Shown here piece by piece: positions 7,434 to 17,217 of a stretch of DNA of 60,010 bases. The notes beneath the pieces were generated by a model. That model saw only the letters and a program-made list of their open reading frames with translations, made no database searches and was not told the origin of the DNA. A program made the translations under genes and the position numbers. Source of the DNA: a virus (Duplodnaviria; Caudoviricetes); the IMG/VR virus record IMGVR_UViG_3300017987_004445, positions 1-60,010 of that record, one strand, 5' to 3'. Within the stretch, counting starts at the first letter, position 1, and each line of letters starts with the position of its first letter.

Positions 7434-7802
7434 ATGAATAAAGACGAGCGTCGGGCCACAAAAGCAGAGTTTAATCGCTACAAGGCTGAAATAGAACGCC
7501 TTATAAAAAAGCTTGGCTTTGGTGATTGGGAATACCGGGTAATATTTGAAACGCCTTCAAATCCTAACCTCCGTGCATCTTTTGAATGCAATGACGCCCA
7601 CACTTTTGCTTATTTCTATTACAACCCCCTCCAATACAAGCCCGCCGATGGCCCTGGAAGGGTTGAGAAGACGGCAAGACACGAAATAGCGCACATGATT
7701 ACATCTCGATTGGATATGCTTGCCCATACACGTTTTTGCTCTCCAGATGAGATTGCCTTAGAAATGGAAAAAATTGCCACTATTTTGCAGAATGTGTTGT
7801 AA
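7434..7802 (+). CDS. Small zincin-like (HExxH) protein
   Basis: ARHEIAHM motif. Confidence 0.65.
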   Translation: MNKDERRATKAEFNRYKAEIERLIKKLGFGDWEYRVIFETPSNPNLRASFECNDAHTFAYFYYNPLQYKPADGPGRVEKTARHEIAHMITSRLDMLAHTRFCSPDEIALEMEKIATILQNVL

Positions 7803-7915
7803 TATACGCAATGCCTCACCGAAATTAGTGGGGCACTTTATATAACTCTGCCTATGTACGTTGTGATTGCCTTTGGAAAAAAACGTTATGTTAGAACTAA
7901 GAAAAGGCTAATTTC

Positions 7916-8617
7916 GTGACAGAAAAACAAATGGCTTTTATAAAGCATTATGTTCTTATTCGAAATGCCACACAAGCAGCTATAAAAGCAGGTTACAAAG
8001 AGAGAAGTGCTCCCGTCACGGCGCACAGATTATTGGATAAACCGGCTGTAAAGGCTGAGATAAGCAGGCGTATGAGGTTGGCTTTGCAGAAAAGTGATGT
8101 GGGTCTTGATCGCATTGTCAATGAACTTGCTAAAATTGCTTTTTATGACATAAAAAGCCATGTGGCACACATGAATGAGCATGGTGTCACATTTAAAGAA
8201 CTTAAAGACATTGATGGTAATGCCATTGCAAGCATAAACGAGAAGCTTCACAAAGATGGGATTGTATCTGTTGAGGTAAGGACTCATAGTAAAGTTGAAG
8301 CATTAAAGGCGCTTCTTAACCATTTTGGACAGATAAAGACCCCTACTGGGGCAAATATGAATTTGAATATAAATGTTGATGGAACTAAAACACCTGAAAC
8401 CGCTGCCAGAATCATTGCTTCGTATCGACAGTTATTACAAGGAGTTGTGCCAAGTGAGCAAGATGAGGTACAAGAATCCGGAGAAGTGGAAAGCCGGGTT
8501 GAATCAGATTTACCTCAAGGAGACGCAGAGGAGGCACAGTTTACTGTTGTCGATACAGAGGAAGAGGAAGCAGAAAGCGGTTTTGGATCTGGTGAGCCAG
8601 AGAGCACATCTGATTGA
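7916..8617 (+). CDS. terS: Terminase small subunit
   Basis: TEKQMAFIKHY...NATQAAIKAGY...ELAKIAF...KVEALKAL. Confidence 0.92.
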   Translation: MTEKQMAFIKHYVLIRNATQAAIKAGYKERSAPVTAHRLLDKPAVKAEISRRMRLALQKSDVGLDRIVNELAKIAFYDIKSHVAHMNEHGVTFKELKDIDGNAIASINEKLHKDGIVSVEVRTHSKVEALKALLNHFGQIKTPTGANMNLNINVDGTKTPETAARIIASYRQLLQGVVPSEQDEVQESGEVESRVESDLPQGDAEEAQFTVVDTEEEEAESGFGSGEPESTSD

Positions 8618-10748
8618 CTGGTTATGCGACTGGTGTTGGACATATGACCCAAGAAATAGCCCCTTGGGTTTGCCTACAACGCTACCATTTGTGCCATGGC
8701 CAAAGCAGGTTGAATATCTTGATTGGATACTTGACAGATATATTATGCAGAGTAATGGGCTTGTTGAAAAGAGTAGGGATGCTGGGGCTACATGGCTTTC
8801 TGTGGTTGTTATGGTTCATGAATGGCGCTGGAGCCCAGGGTTTGCTGGAGGAATTGGGTCTAATAAACTACTCAATGTTGACCAGAAAGACAATGTTGGT
8901 AGTATATTTGCAAAAATTAGACAGCTTTTGGAATATATGCCTGTTTGGTGGCTCCCAAAAGGCTTTGACCGCAAAAAACACGATAAAATTGGGAATCTTG
9001 TGAATCCTGAGCTTGGTACAAACATCATAGGCCAAGGTGGTGACGACATAGGCCGTGGTGATCGCCGGGCAATGTATCTTGTGGATGAGGCTGCGCATCT
9101 CGAACATCCTGAGAATGTGGATGCTGCCCTGTCTCAAACAACTACATGCCAGATAGACCTTTCGACTCCCAAAGGCATGAATCATTTTGGTAAAAAACGC
9201 CATTCCGGACGGATTGAAGTATTTACATTTAATTGGCGCCAGGACCCCCGTAAGGGCGAGGAGTGGTATAGTGAGCAAAAAGCATCACTGGATGCTGTGA
9301 TTTTAGCCCAAGAAGTTGATTGTAGCTATCATGCCTCTGTAGAAGGGGTCTTTGTGGACCCCAAGCATGTCCAGGCAGCTATTAATATGCCATTGGAGGC
9401 AGAAGGGCTGAAAAGTGCTGGTTTGGATGTGGCTGAAGGGGGTAAAAATCGTAGCTCTTTAGCAATCAGAACTGGGCCAATGGTTCGGGTAAGTAATTGG
9501 AATTATGAAAATGGTGTTGATTTGAGCCATCGTGCAATTGATGAATGCAATAAAGCAGGCGTAGATTACCTGAATTATGATAAAATTGGATGTGGATTTG
9601 CTGTTCGCAGTACATTAGAGCGTACTGAAATGCCCATGGACTTTGAGTGTTATGCCGTAAATGCTGGAGATGCAGCCAGTGACCGGGTTTATACCGAATT
9701 TGGGAACAAAAAGGGTAGTGATGTATTCATTAATGCGCGAGCGGAGTGGTGGTACTTATTTGCCAGACGCTTCGAAAAGACTTATGAGCACCGAAACGGG
9801 ATACGCAAACACGATGAAAGTGAGATGATTAGTATTGAAAACGATGGCAATTTTATAGCTCAAATCTCGGGTCCGAAGAAACTGCTTACAGAACATGGAA
9901 AGATCAAATGTGAGTCAAAAGAGAGCATGTTTAAACGCGGTATTGAAAGTCCGGATATGGCGGATGGTGCTATAATGGCGTTTATTCCCCAAGATGCTGG
10001 CAAAAGGCATCTTGTAGTCAAAAAGCCCATAATGGCCCCCCTATCCGTTGATTTCGCCAATTTGAATGAGCACGTTGTCTTATATTGTAGCCAATGGGTT
10101 GACAAAAGCCTGAAAACCGCATGCCTGCTAACGCTTTGGAATGCCGTGCGCGGGCACTTGTATGTCTTCTATGAGGCCCTGTTTGAGAATCCACGACCGG
10201 AGCTGGTGACGGTGATTTTGGGCAAAGCAATAAAGAAGTTCAGCAACAGCCGATACCGAAATTTACAGGAATTTGATTGGATAGGCAATGAGCTTATGTT
10301 TAAAAAGGGCGAAAATGACCTGAAAAATGCATACAGCAGGTACAATCAAGCCATTATGCCAAATCCTTTATACAATGACTATGGCTCGGTAGCTTTGCTT
10401 TCCAGGCTGATTCAAAGAAAGGCACTGTATTTAGATGAGCGCCATTGCGTGAATTTAGCCCAAGAGCTAAATACTTGGACCATGGTTGAGAACAAGCCCG
10501 AAGCCGGATACATGTCTGCTCGGGCTTTATGTAACTTAGTGTCGATGATATACGAGACCGGACGCATGGCCAAGCCAAAGCCTCTGAAGCCCTATTCCAA
10601 GGCAAAGATGGGATTTAATAAGGCTTTTGGAGAACTTGTGAAGCAGGGCTTGGATATCTTGCCAAATGAGCAATTGGAGGAGATGTTGGAGGGAGCTGAA
10701 GAGCAGGGAAAGCCCATGGATACTGGTGATAGAATGGGGTTATGGTGA
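8454..10748 (+). CDS. terL: Terminase large subunit with long C-terminal extension
   Basis: PWPKQ, EKSRDAGAT, LVDEAAH, STPKG, GLDVAEGG, SPDMADG; start probably GTG 8454 or ATG 8463 after AAGGAG (ORF open from 8373). Confidence 0.92.
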   Translation: MSKMRYKNPEKWKAGLNQIYLKETQRRHSLLLSIQRKRKQKAVLDLVSQRAHLIDWLCDWCWTYDPRNSPLGLPTTLPFVPWPKQVEYLDWILDRYIMQSNGLVEKSRDAGATWLSVVVMVHEWRWSPGFAGGIGSNKLLNVDQKDNVGSIFAKIRQLLEYMPVWWLPKGFDRKKHDKIGNLVNPELGTNIIGQGGDDIGRGDRRAMYLVDEAAHLEHPENVDAALSQTTTCQIDLSTPKGMNHFGKKRHSGRIEVFTFNWRQDPRKGEEWYSEQKASLDAVILAQEVDCSYHASVEGVFVDPKHVQAAINMPLEAEGLKSAGLDVAEGGKNRSSLAIRTGPMVRVSNWNYENGVDLSHRAIDECNKAGVDYLNYDKIGCGFAVRSTLERTEMPMDFECYAVNAGDAASDRVYTEFGNKKGSDVFINARAEWWYLFARRFEKTYEHRNGIRKHDESEMISIENDGNFIAQISGPKKLLTEHGKIKCESKESMFKRGIESPDMADGAIMAFIPQDAGKRHLVVKKPIMAPLSVDFANLNEHVVLYCSQWVDKSLKTACLLTLWNAVRGHLYVFYEALFENPRPELVTVILGKAIKKFSNSRYRNLQEFDWIGNELMFKKGENDLKNAYSRYNQAIMPNPLYNDYGSVALLSRLIQRKALYLDERHCVNLAQELNTWTMVENKPEAGYMSARALCNLVSMIYETGRMAKPKPLKPYSKAKMGFNKAFGELVKQGLDILPNEQLEEMLEGAEEQGKPMDTGDRMGLW

Positions 10749-10933
10749 ACCAGCATAATTTCAGGATGAAGCAAGAGGAATATATTTTTGTGCATAAGGT
10801 GTTCAAACGCCACAAGATGAAGCTATCGGCCTTCATACGAGACACACTCAAAGATACGGCTGTGAAGATGGATATTGAAGATAGGATAAATGGCAATGGA
10901 AGTGAAAGAGACGGCGTACACCCCACCGCATAG
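10742..10933 (+). CDS. Small ribbon-helix-helix-like protein
   Basis: HNFRM...KLSAFIRD pattern; coupled to terL. Confidence 0.45.
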   Translation: MVNQHNFRMKQEEYIFVHKVFKRHKMKLSAFIRDTLKDTAVKMDIEDRINGNGSERDGVHPTA

Positions 10934-11061
10934 GGGGAAAACACCACCCAAGCTATACGGATTCGCTCCCGTTGATTGGTAATTGGGAGGCCTGTAACCC
11001 TTCTGTAACCCTTCGGGGATAGCCGGAGCGGAGGGCCTTTAAATCTGGATAAGGAGGAGTT

Positions 11062-11328
11062 ATGGCAGGTCGTTATAAGCGCACGTTTGATGGAGATGCG
11101 ATGAACATATTTGCCATACCAGTGGGAAAATATATTATTAAATATCTGCCTGAGTGTTCTCGAAAGGGCCATGACCACACGGAATTCGCGCATGAAGAGG
11201 CTATAGGAGACATGAAATACAAAATATGTGGATGCAAGACATGCGTGGAAGAGGCTTTCGCTGATTTAAGACATGGCAAGGCGGAGACGCACAATATCAT
11301 CATTCGAGAGTATAATCAGGTGGAGTAG
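11062..11328 (+). CDS. Hypothetical protein
   Basis: AAGGAGG RBS. Confidence 0.65.
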   Translation: MAGRYKRTFDGDAMNIFAIPVGKYIIKYLPECSRKGHDHTEFAHEEAIGDMKYKICGCKTCVEEAFADLRHGKAETHNIIIREYNQVE

Positions 11329-11333
11329 GGGAT

Positions 11334-11651
11334 ATGAAGTGTCGCCAATGTGGTTTCTGCTGCCACAACGTTACCCATATATGCCCCAACTCAACCGATA
11401 GCCTTGAATGGATAAGAGCTCGGGGCTGGGAAATCATTGATCGCAATGAAACCTTTATTTTGGTACTTATCCCGTCCGTATGCCGTCAGCTCAAGGGCAA
11501 TCACTGCAAATTACACAATACAGGCAAAAAACCGTATGTGTGCCGGGTATATCCTGATGCAGCAACCATACGTGATTACATGAACAAGACGCATTTAGAT
11601 TACCGTAAAGCTTTGGGGCCGAAGTGCCCATTTAGGAAGCTGGAGATATGA
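11334..11651 (+). CDS. YkgJ-family CxxCxxCC (Fe-S/Zn) protein
   Basis: CRQCGFCC...C..L....C..H...KP..CRVYP. Confidence 0.85.
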   Translation: MKCRQCGFCCHNVTHICPNSTDSLEWIRARGWEIIDRNETFILVLIPSVCRQLKGNHCKLHNTGKKPYVCRVYPDAATIRDYMNKTHLDYRKALGPKCPFRKLEI

Positions 11652-11959
11652 CTAAGTTTCCTCCCATTGTGGATGCTTTGAAAGCGCAATTTGGGGATAG
11701 ATTGCCTGAAATTGAAGATTTTGTGTACACAGAATCCTCTGAATATTCTAAAATAAGAGGCGTTGGGATTGTTTTCAAAAATGGTTGGCGGCTTCTGATT
11801 CAAGGGGACGTTTATGGTTTAAAGGGGATGGACTACTTATCAGAGACAAAATTATCAAATAAGGTAATAGAAGAGGTTGGAAATTTTGTCCGGATGCCAC
11901 GCATGGACAGAATATGCAGGGAGAAGGAAGCCAATAAGAAAATAGAGGTGTATGTATAA
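11648..11959 (+). CDS. Hypothetical protein
   Basis: ATGA coupling, GGAG RBS. Confidence 0.65.
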   Translation: MTKFPPIVDALKAQFGDRLPEIEDFVYTESSEYSKIRGVGIVFKNGWRLLIQGDVYGLKGMDYLSETKLSNKVIEEVGNFVRMPRMDRICREKEANKKIEVYV

Positions 11960-11965
11960 AAGATC

Positions 11966-12184
11966 ATGCCAAGCATAAACAAAATTCTTAATGCAATATT
12001 CGCTAAGAAAAAAGAGGGCGAACAGGAAGTAAGGGCTGTTGAGGCTGCTAAACGGGGTCTTACTACGACACAGCAATTCTTTCTTGATCGAAAGTATGGT
12101 GGAGTTCCCCGGGCAAGCAAAGCCTCTCGCAAGCTTACGCGGAATCGTATAAGGGATGAGTTTTGGAGAAAATTTACAAAGTAG
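11966..12184 (+). CDS. Small basic hypothetical protein
   Basis: In-operon ORF. Confidence 0.5.
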   Translation: MPSINKILNAIFAKKKEGEQEVRAVEAAKRGLTTTQQFFLDRKYGGVPRASKASRKLTRNRIRDEFWRKFTK

Positions 12185-12341
12185 GCTGGTGCCCGCGTTG
12201 TGGCAATATGTGTACCCACAAGATATATACCCAAAGTTGGTCTTGTTGCACTATATGTTGTAATCATCATATGTATTGGTCGCCAAAAATGCTTGATAAG
12301 ATAAGGGAAATCCAAGATTCTATATTTAAAACTGAGGAGGA

Positions 12342-12797
12342 GTGATGTTAGAGTCTGATATGTGCTACATCCGCGTTAGTCCTTTAAGCGACCAGCTTTT
12401 GGTGAGAGTTGCGGTAATGCCGGAAACTTTAGGTGGTATTGTAATACCTGCCACCAAGAAATACGATGAATTTTTCCGCCGCGCTAAGGTGTTGGCTATT
12501 GGTCCCGATGTTAAGGATTTGAAGGTTGGGGATATGATATATCTTCCGGCTCCTGCTGGTGCTGAAGTTGAGGTTTTGGCTGCAATGCGCGATACCAAGA
12601 AAGAATATGGGGGTGCATGTTTTTTGGTTCATCGCAAGGACTTGGCAGCTAAGATCGAATTTGTAGGAAAAGAGAATCTTAATGAGTCCAATGTTGTTGT
12701 GGGCTTGAGCGACCGCAAGCAGCAAATGCTTCAGAAAGAGAAGGTGGAGCACGTGCAGGGAGCAAAGACACGACAGGCATTGAATCTTAAAAATTAG
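12342..12797 (+). CDS. groES: GroES/Cpn10-like co-chaperonin
   Basis: PLSDQLLV...TLGGIVIP...VLAIGPDVKDLKVGD. Confidence 0.85.
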   Translation: MMLESDMCYIRVSPLSDQLLVRVAVMPETLGGIVIPATKKYDEFFRRAKVLAIGPDVKDLKVGDMIYLPAPAGAEVEVLAAMRDTKKEYGGACFLVHRKDLAAKIEFVGKENLNESNVVVGLSDRKQQMLQKEKVEHVQGAKTRQALNLKN

Positions 12798-12805
12798 GAG
12801 TTTAC

Positions 12806-13648
12806 ATGAAGTGTTTCCACCACAACGACCTCGATGGCTACTGCTCTGGGGCCATAGTTAAATTAGCCCATCCCGAATGCGAATGTTTTGAAATAAACTA
12901 TGATATTCCTTTTCCTCATGATAAGATTGAGAAGAACGAACAGGTATTCGTGGTGGATTACAGCTTTTCAGGCAAGGGCAACGATGATTTTAACAAGCTT
13001 TTAGCTAAAACCCAGTATGTGACTTGGATTGACCACCACAAAACATCTATTGAACAGCATCCTGACAAGGCCCATTTATCAGGTATTCGAGTTGATGATA
13101 AGCCCGCTGCTTGCGAATTGTGCTGGGAACACTTCTTCCCCGGGAGTGTCGTGCCCGTGGCTGTGAAGCTTTTGGGTGACTATGACACCTGGACCTTTGC
13201 GTATGGCACCAAAACAAAGGAATTTCAGGAGGGTATGAAGGTTTTAGACCATGGCCCCGAGGCTGAGGTTTGGAAGCATATTCTGAGCACGCAGCCAACT
13301 GTCAATGAGGTTATTGCCCGAATTAGGCATGACGGCATAGTGTGTCTTGTGTACAAAGAACAGAGATCCAAGGCGCTTATGCGTGCCATATCCTTTGCCA
13401 CGGAGTTTGAAGGGTACAAGGCCATTGCCTGTAATGTGGCACTGGCAAATAGTCAGATGTTTGACAGTGTATCCGAGGATTATGATATCATGCTACCTTT
13501 TTCGTTTAACGGATACATTTACACTGTAAGTATCTACACCTTGAAGCCTGATATTGATTGCTCGGAGATAGCCAAGAAATATGGTGGCGGCGGCCACAGG
13601 CAGGCTTCTGGGTTCCAGTGTGATAAATTGCCATTTGAGAGAACATGA
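12806..13648 (+). CDS. DHH/DHHA1 phosphoesterase (NrnB-like)
   Basis: HNDLDG, VVDYS, WIDHH, YGGGGHRQASGF. Confidence 0.92.
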   Translation: MKCFHHNDLDGYCSGAIVKLAHPECECFEINYDIPFPHDKIEKNEQVFVVDYSFSGKGNDDFNKLLAKTQYVTWIDHHKTSIEQHPDKAHLSGIRVDDKPAACELCWEHFFPGSVVPVAVKLLGDYDTWTFAYGTKTKEFQEGMKVLDHGPEAEVWKHILSTQPTVNEVIARIRHDGIVCLVYKEQRSKALMRAISFATEFEGYKAIACNVALANSQMFDSVSEDYDIMLPFSFNGYIYTVSIYTLKPDIDCSEIAKKYGGGGHRQASGFQCDKLPFERT

Positions 13649-14280
13649 AGACTCTACTTATTAAGCAACCAGCGGGCCTTGGTGATGTCTTTTATTGCCA
13701 GAAAATAGGTAAGGTTTTTGCCGAAGCTGGATGGAAAGTATATTGGCCAGTAATATCACAATACACTTGGCTTGAGAAGTATTTGCGCGGCCCTATAAAA
13801 TATGTGGATGCTCCGTGCCGGCCAGATAAGATTTTGGATCTTCAAAACGCATATCACATTTTAGGGAAAACGAAACCAGAGGAAATGCTACCGGCAAAGT
13901 ATGAGTTGGCTGAAATAGGATCATGGAATTGGGCACAGTATTTTGAGTTTGAGAAGCCAGTTGACCAAGAGCCAGTGCCAGAGGGGGAGTATGCACTAAT
14001 AAATCTTGGTTTTGCTAGCCCGCCCAACGAAGAAAAAGCTGCTGTGGACTGCATGACGCGCATGCCAAAGATATTTATTGAACACAGGCCCACGGTATTT
14101 CATTGGTGTGATGCAATAATGAATGCAGCGGAGTTACATTTTGTTGATACATGTTTTACATATTTAGCTGAAAAACTGCCAATAAAAGCCAAGCGCATGG
14201 TATTGTATCCACGAAAGCCATATCATGATCATGTAATTACAAAAGTTATTTGGAAAAGACCTTGGGAATACCGTGAATAA
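13645..14280 (+). CDS. Glycosyltransferase-like protein (GT-B/GT9-like)
   Basis: GLGD motif near the N-terminus, HFVDTCF; first gene of the glycan cluster. Confidence 0.55.
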   Translation: MKTLLIKQPAGLGDVFYCQKIGKVFAEAGWKVYWPVISQYTWLEKYLRGPIKYVDAPCRPDKILDLQNAYHILGKTKPEEMLPAKYELAEIGSWNWAQYFEFEKPVDQEPVPEGEYALINLGFASPPNEEKAAVDCMTRMPKIFIEHRPTVFHWCDAIMNAAELHFVDTCFTYLAEKLPIKAKRMVLYPRKPYHDHVITKVIWKRPWEYRE

Positions 14281-14872
14281 AATTGAAGGTAGAATATTAG
14301 TTTTTGGTGGTAATGGTGATATTGGTAAGCTTGTTCCTGGTATTAAAATTCCGCGTGAGCAGGTAAATGTAACGAACTACCTTGAAGTCAAGAGATGTAT
14401 ACACTCCCACCGTCCTTCTGCTGTTGTGGATTGTGCTGGTGTATCTTTCCCGCAACCAATAAAGTCGTGTAATGTTGGAAAATGGTGCAATGAAATAAAT
14501 ACAAATTTTATAGGCAGCTTTAATATTGCCAGTGCAAGTATTGAGAACGAGGTGTCTAAAATGGTTTTTATATCATCTTATGCGGGGTTGCATGGGAAAG
14601 CGAAGCGAAGTGGATATTGTGCATCAAAGGCTGGGGTTATCTCTCTTGTCCAGTCTATTGCTGAGGAAGGGCATGAGGTTTATTGTATAAGTCCTTCTCG
14701 TGTGGACACAAAGATGGTGGGGCCTCCGGAGAAGGGAGAGGATATGACAAAGCGGTTGCGCCCACAGGAAATAGTAGATTTGATAGGAGAATGCCTGAAT
14801 GGAGTGTATAAATCAGGGAGTAATATAGTAATACGCAAAAATGGAGATAAAACTGTAAAAGTGGTAATGTAG
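14273..14872 (+). CDS. SDR-family NAD(P) oxidoreductase
   Basis: GGNGDIG, CAG, ISS, YCASK. Confidence 0.9.
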   Translation: MNKIEGRILVFGGNGDIGKLVPGIKIPREQVNVTNYLEVKRCIHSHRPSAVVDCAGVSFPQPIKSCNVGKWCNEINTNFIGSFNIASASIENEVSKMVFISSYAGLHGKAKRSGYCASKAGVISLVQSIAEEGHEVYCISPSRVDTKMVGPPEKGEDMTKRLRPQEIVDLIGECLNGVYKSGSNIVIRKNGDKTVKVVM

Positions 14873-14873
14873 G

Positions 14874-15842
14874 ATGAAATATCTAATTACTGGAATAACT
14901 GGTTTTGCTGGGCCTCATTTGGCCAGTTTATTGGTTTCTAAAGGCCATAAGGTATATGGCTTGGTTCGCTGTAGTAATGGTAGGCATCAGGATATCCGGG
15001 ATGTGGTTGAAGATGGAATATTTAAAGAGATTGAGTTCTTATATGGTGATTTAAATGATAAAGCCCAAATAAATAAAATTTTTCACGATCATCATTTCGA
15101 TGGTGCATTTCATTTAGCTGCTCAATCTCATCCCCCCACATCTTTTGTTAGCCCGATGGCAACTTACAAAGCTAATGTGATGGGTAGCATAAATTTAATT
15201 GAGTCCATAAAAAGGAATAATAGGGAATGTAAGGTAATGTTTTGTTCCACAAGTGAAGTTTATGGGGACACCATTAAGGAAGGACAACTAATAAAAGAAA
15301 CTGATAGAATTGGCCCCGCAAACCCCTATGGTGTATCAAAGGCTGATATTGATTTGTACATGCAAATGCTTATGCACAATAAAATGTTGAAAGGGTTTAT
15401 TACAAGGGCGTTTTCTCATACAGGGCCTCGGCGTGGTTGCAATTTTAGCATATCATCTGATGCGCACCAGCTTGCGGGAATGAAAGATGGCGAAACCCTG
15501 CTTGTTGGGAACTTGGGAACAATAAGAGTGGTAATGGATGTAAGGGATACAGTGAGAGCATACGCTTTACTGATGGAAACGGACCAATCTGAGGGTAAGA
15601 TCTTTAATATTTGCGGCGATACTCCGCGAAAAATGTCATATTTCACAGATGTTCTGATAGAATTAAGTGGATTACAGGATATAAAAATGGCCATAAATCC
15701 GAAGTTTTACAGATCAATTGACATCCACTATCAGCATGGAGACACTACGGCTCTAAAACAGGTAGTGGATTGGAAACCTGAGATAGATATTAAAACTACG
15801 TTATATGACTTGTTAGAGTATTGGAGGAAGAAAATTGGGTGA
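14874..15842 (+). CDS. GDP-mannose 4,6-dehydratase / GDP-sugar reductase family
   Basis: ITGITGFAG, HLAAQSH, STSEVYG, PYGVSK, DVRD. Confidence 0.88.
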   Translation: MKYLITGITGFAGPHLASLLVSKGHKVYGLVRCSNGRHQDIRDVVEDGIFKEIEFLYGDLNDKAQINKIFHDHHFDGAFHLAAQSHPPTSFVSPMATYKANVMGSINLIESIKRNNRECKVMFCSTSEVYGDTIKEGQLIKETDRIGPANPYGVSKADIDLYMQMLMHNKMLKGFITRAFSHTGPRRGCNFSISSDAHQLAGMKDGETLLVGNLGTIRVVMDVRDTVRAYALLMETDQSEGKIFNICGDTPRKMSYFTDVLIELSGLQDIKMAINPKFYRSIDIHYQHGDTTALKQVVDWKPEIDIKTTLYDLLEYWRKKIG

Positions 15843-16440
15843 TTTAAATATTCATGACCTACAGGCTTATATAGATAAATATGGATGTAATATATTTATT
15901 GAGACAGGCACCGGTATTGGGGATGGTATTGCTCATGCGCTGAAGTACCCATTCGATTTCTTTTATTCCATAGAAATAAATAAGGAATTATATAAAAGGG
16001 CGTATGAGAAAATATATCCCAACAATAAAGTTGTCTTAATTAACAAACCTTCAATTGAAGGTCTACAGGCGGTCTTTGGTAATATCATATCTGAACATAC
16101 GTGTCTGTACTGGCTCGACGCACATTTCCCGGGTGCAGACTTTCAACTTGCTTCTTATAGTGATGAGATAGCACACAACCTCAAATATCCGCTTATTCAT
16201 GAGCTGAGGTTGATTCGCAATCGAAGGAAAGGGAAAAAAGATGTTTATATTATTGATGATCTTCAAATGATGGAAGAAGGCGAATATGAGCTTAAGATGA
16301 CAGATGAGTTTTTAGACAAGCATTTTCAGCGTGAGATAAGGCTGGAGATATCTCAGATGTTTAAAGATACGCATGATTTCAGAAAAGATAATCGGCATCA
16401 GGGGTTTTTGATTCTTACTCCTAAGCGTGAAGAGAACTAA
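15835..16440 (+). CDS. SAM-methyltransferase-like protein
   Basis: FIETGTGIG, SIE, YWLDAH, IIDD. Confidence 0.65.
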   Translation: MGDLNIHDLQAYIDKYGCNIFIETGTGIGDGIAHALKYPFDFFYSIEINKELYKRAYEKIYPNNKVVLINKPSIEGLQAVFGNIISEHTCLYWLDAHFPGADFQLASYSDEIAHNLKYPLIHELRLIRNRRKGKKDVYIIDDLQMMEEGEYELKMTDEFLDKHFQREIRLEISQMFKDTHDFRKDNRHQGFLILTPKREEN

Positions 16441-17217
16441 ATGGAGAAGATAAGTGTAATAATTCAGGGTGAGGTATGGCCCAAGACGCTGGAAAATGCA
16501 GAATTTTATCTGCAAGAATTTCCGTTTGTTGACGATGTGGTTATTTCGTGTTGGGAACCTGATGCATATATTCCTTCAGCTCCTGGTGTAAAGGTGGTTA
16601 GAACAAGAAAATTTATACAAGTAGGGTACAGTAATTGCAATTATCAGTTAGTTAGCACAATAAATGGCCTGAAAGCGGCTAGGAATAGATTGTGTGTAAA
16701 AACACGATCAGACCAGCGTATAATATCTCTAGATAGAGTGTATGACCATGCCATGAGCCATGAAGTTGAACCCATACGCTATTTGGGCGGTGACATTAGG
16801 GAGTTTCCTGTATATTGTCTTGCATTACACAAGATATATCCATTCCACATGCAGGACCATCTTATATTTGGTGCCAAGCCGGACATGCTTAAGATATTTG
16901 ATATTCCATTGTATCCAGCTCGGACATTAGATCCAAACGGATTTGTTGGTTTTGGTAAGCAACCGAGGGAACCGATTTATATAGGGGCTTATTATTGTTC
17001 TTTATTTGATGCTCGGGTTAAGAAATTTATTGATAATTATGAAGAATATTTGTGTGACCCCAACCATCAGAAAAAGGAAGTTAAGGTTGTTGACTCCCAG
17101 ATAACAAGTAAGATTTTTCATCCGCTTCCGAGATTGGATATATATTGGGAAAAATTTAATAGCGCGTATTGGTTTGAACGCTATGAACAGTCTGGAGAAT
17201 GTTATTATGAAGCTTGA
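16441..17217 (+). CDS. WavE-like polysaccharide synthesis protein
   Basis: ISVIIQG...NYQLVSTINGL...KTRSD...DHLIFG. Confidence 0.8.
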   Translation: MEKISVIIQGEVWPKTLENAEFYLQEFPFVDDVVISCWEPDAYIPSAPGVKVVRTRKFIQVGYSNCNYQLVSTINGLKAARNRLCVKTRSDQRIISLDRVYDHAMSHEVEPIRYLGGDIREFPVYCLALHKIYPFHMQDHLIFGAKPDMLKIFDIPLYPARTLDPNGFVGFGKQPREPIYIGAYYCSLFDARVKKFIDNYEEYLCDPNHQKKEVKVVDSQITSKIFHPLPRLDIYWEKFNSAYWFERYEQSGECYYEA

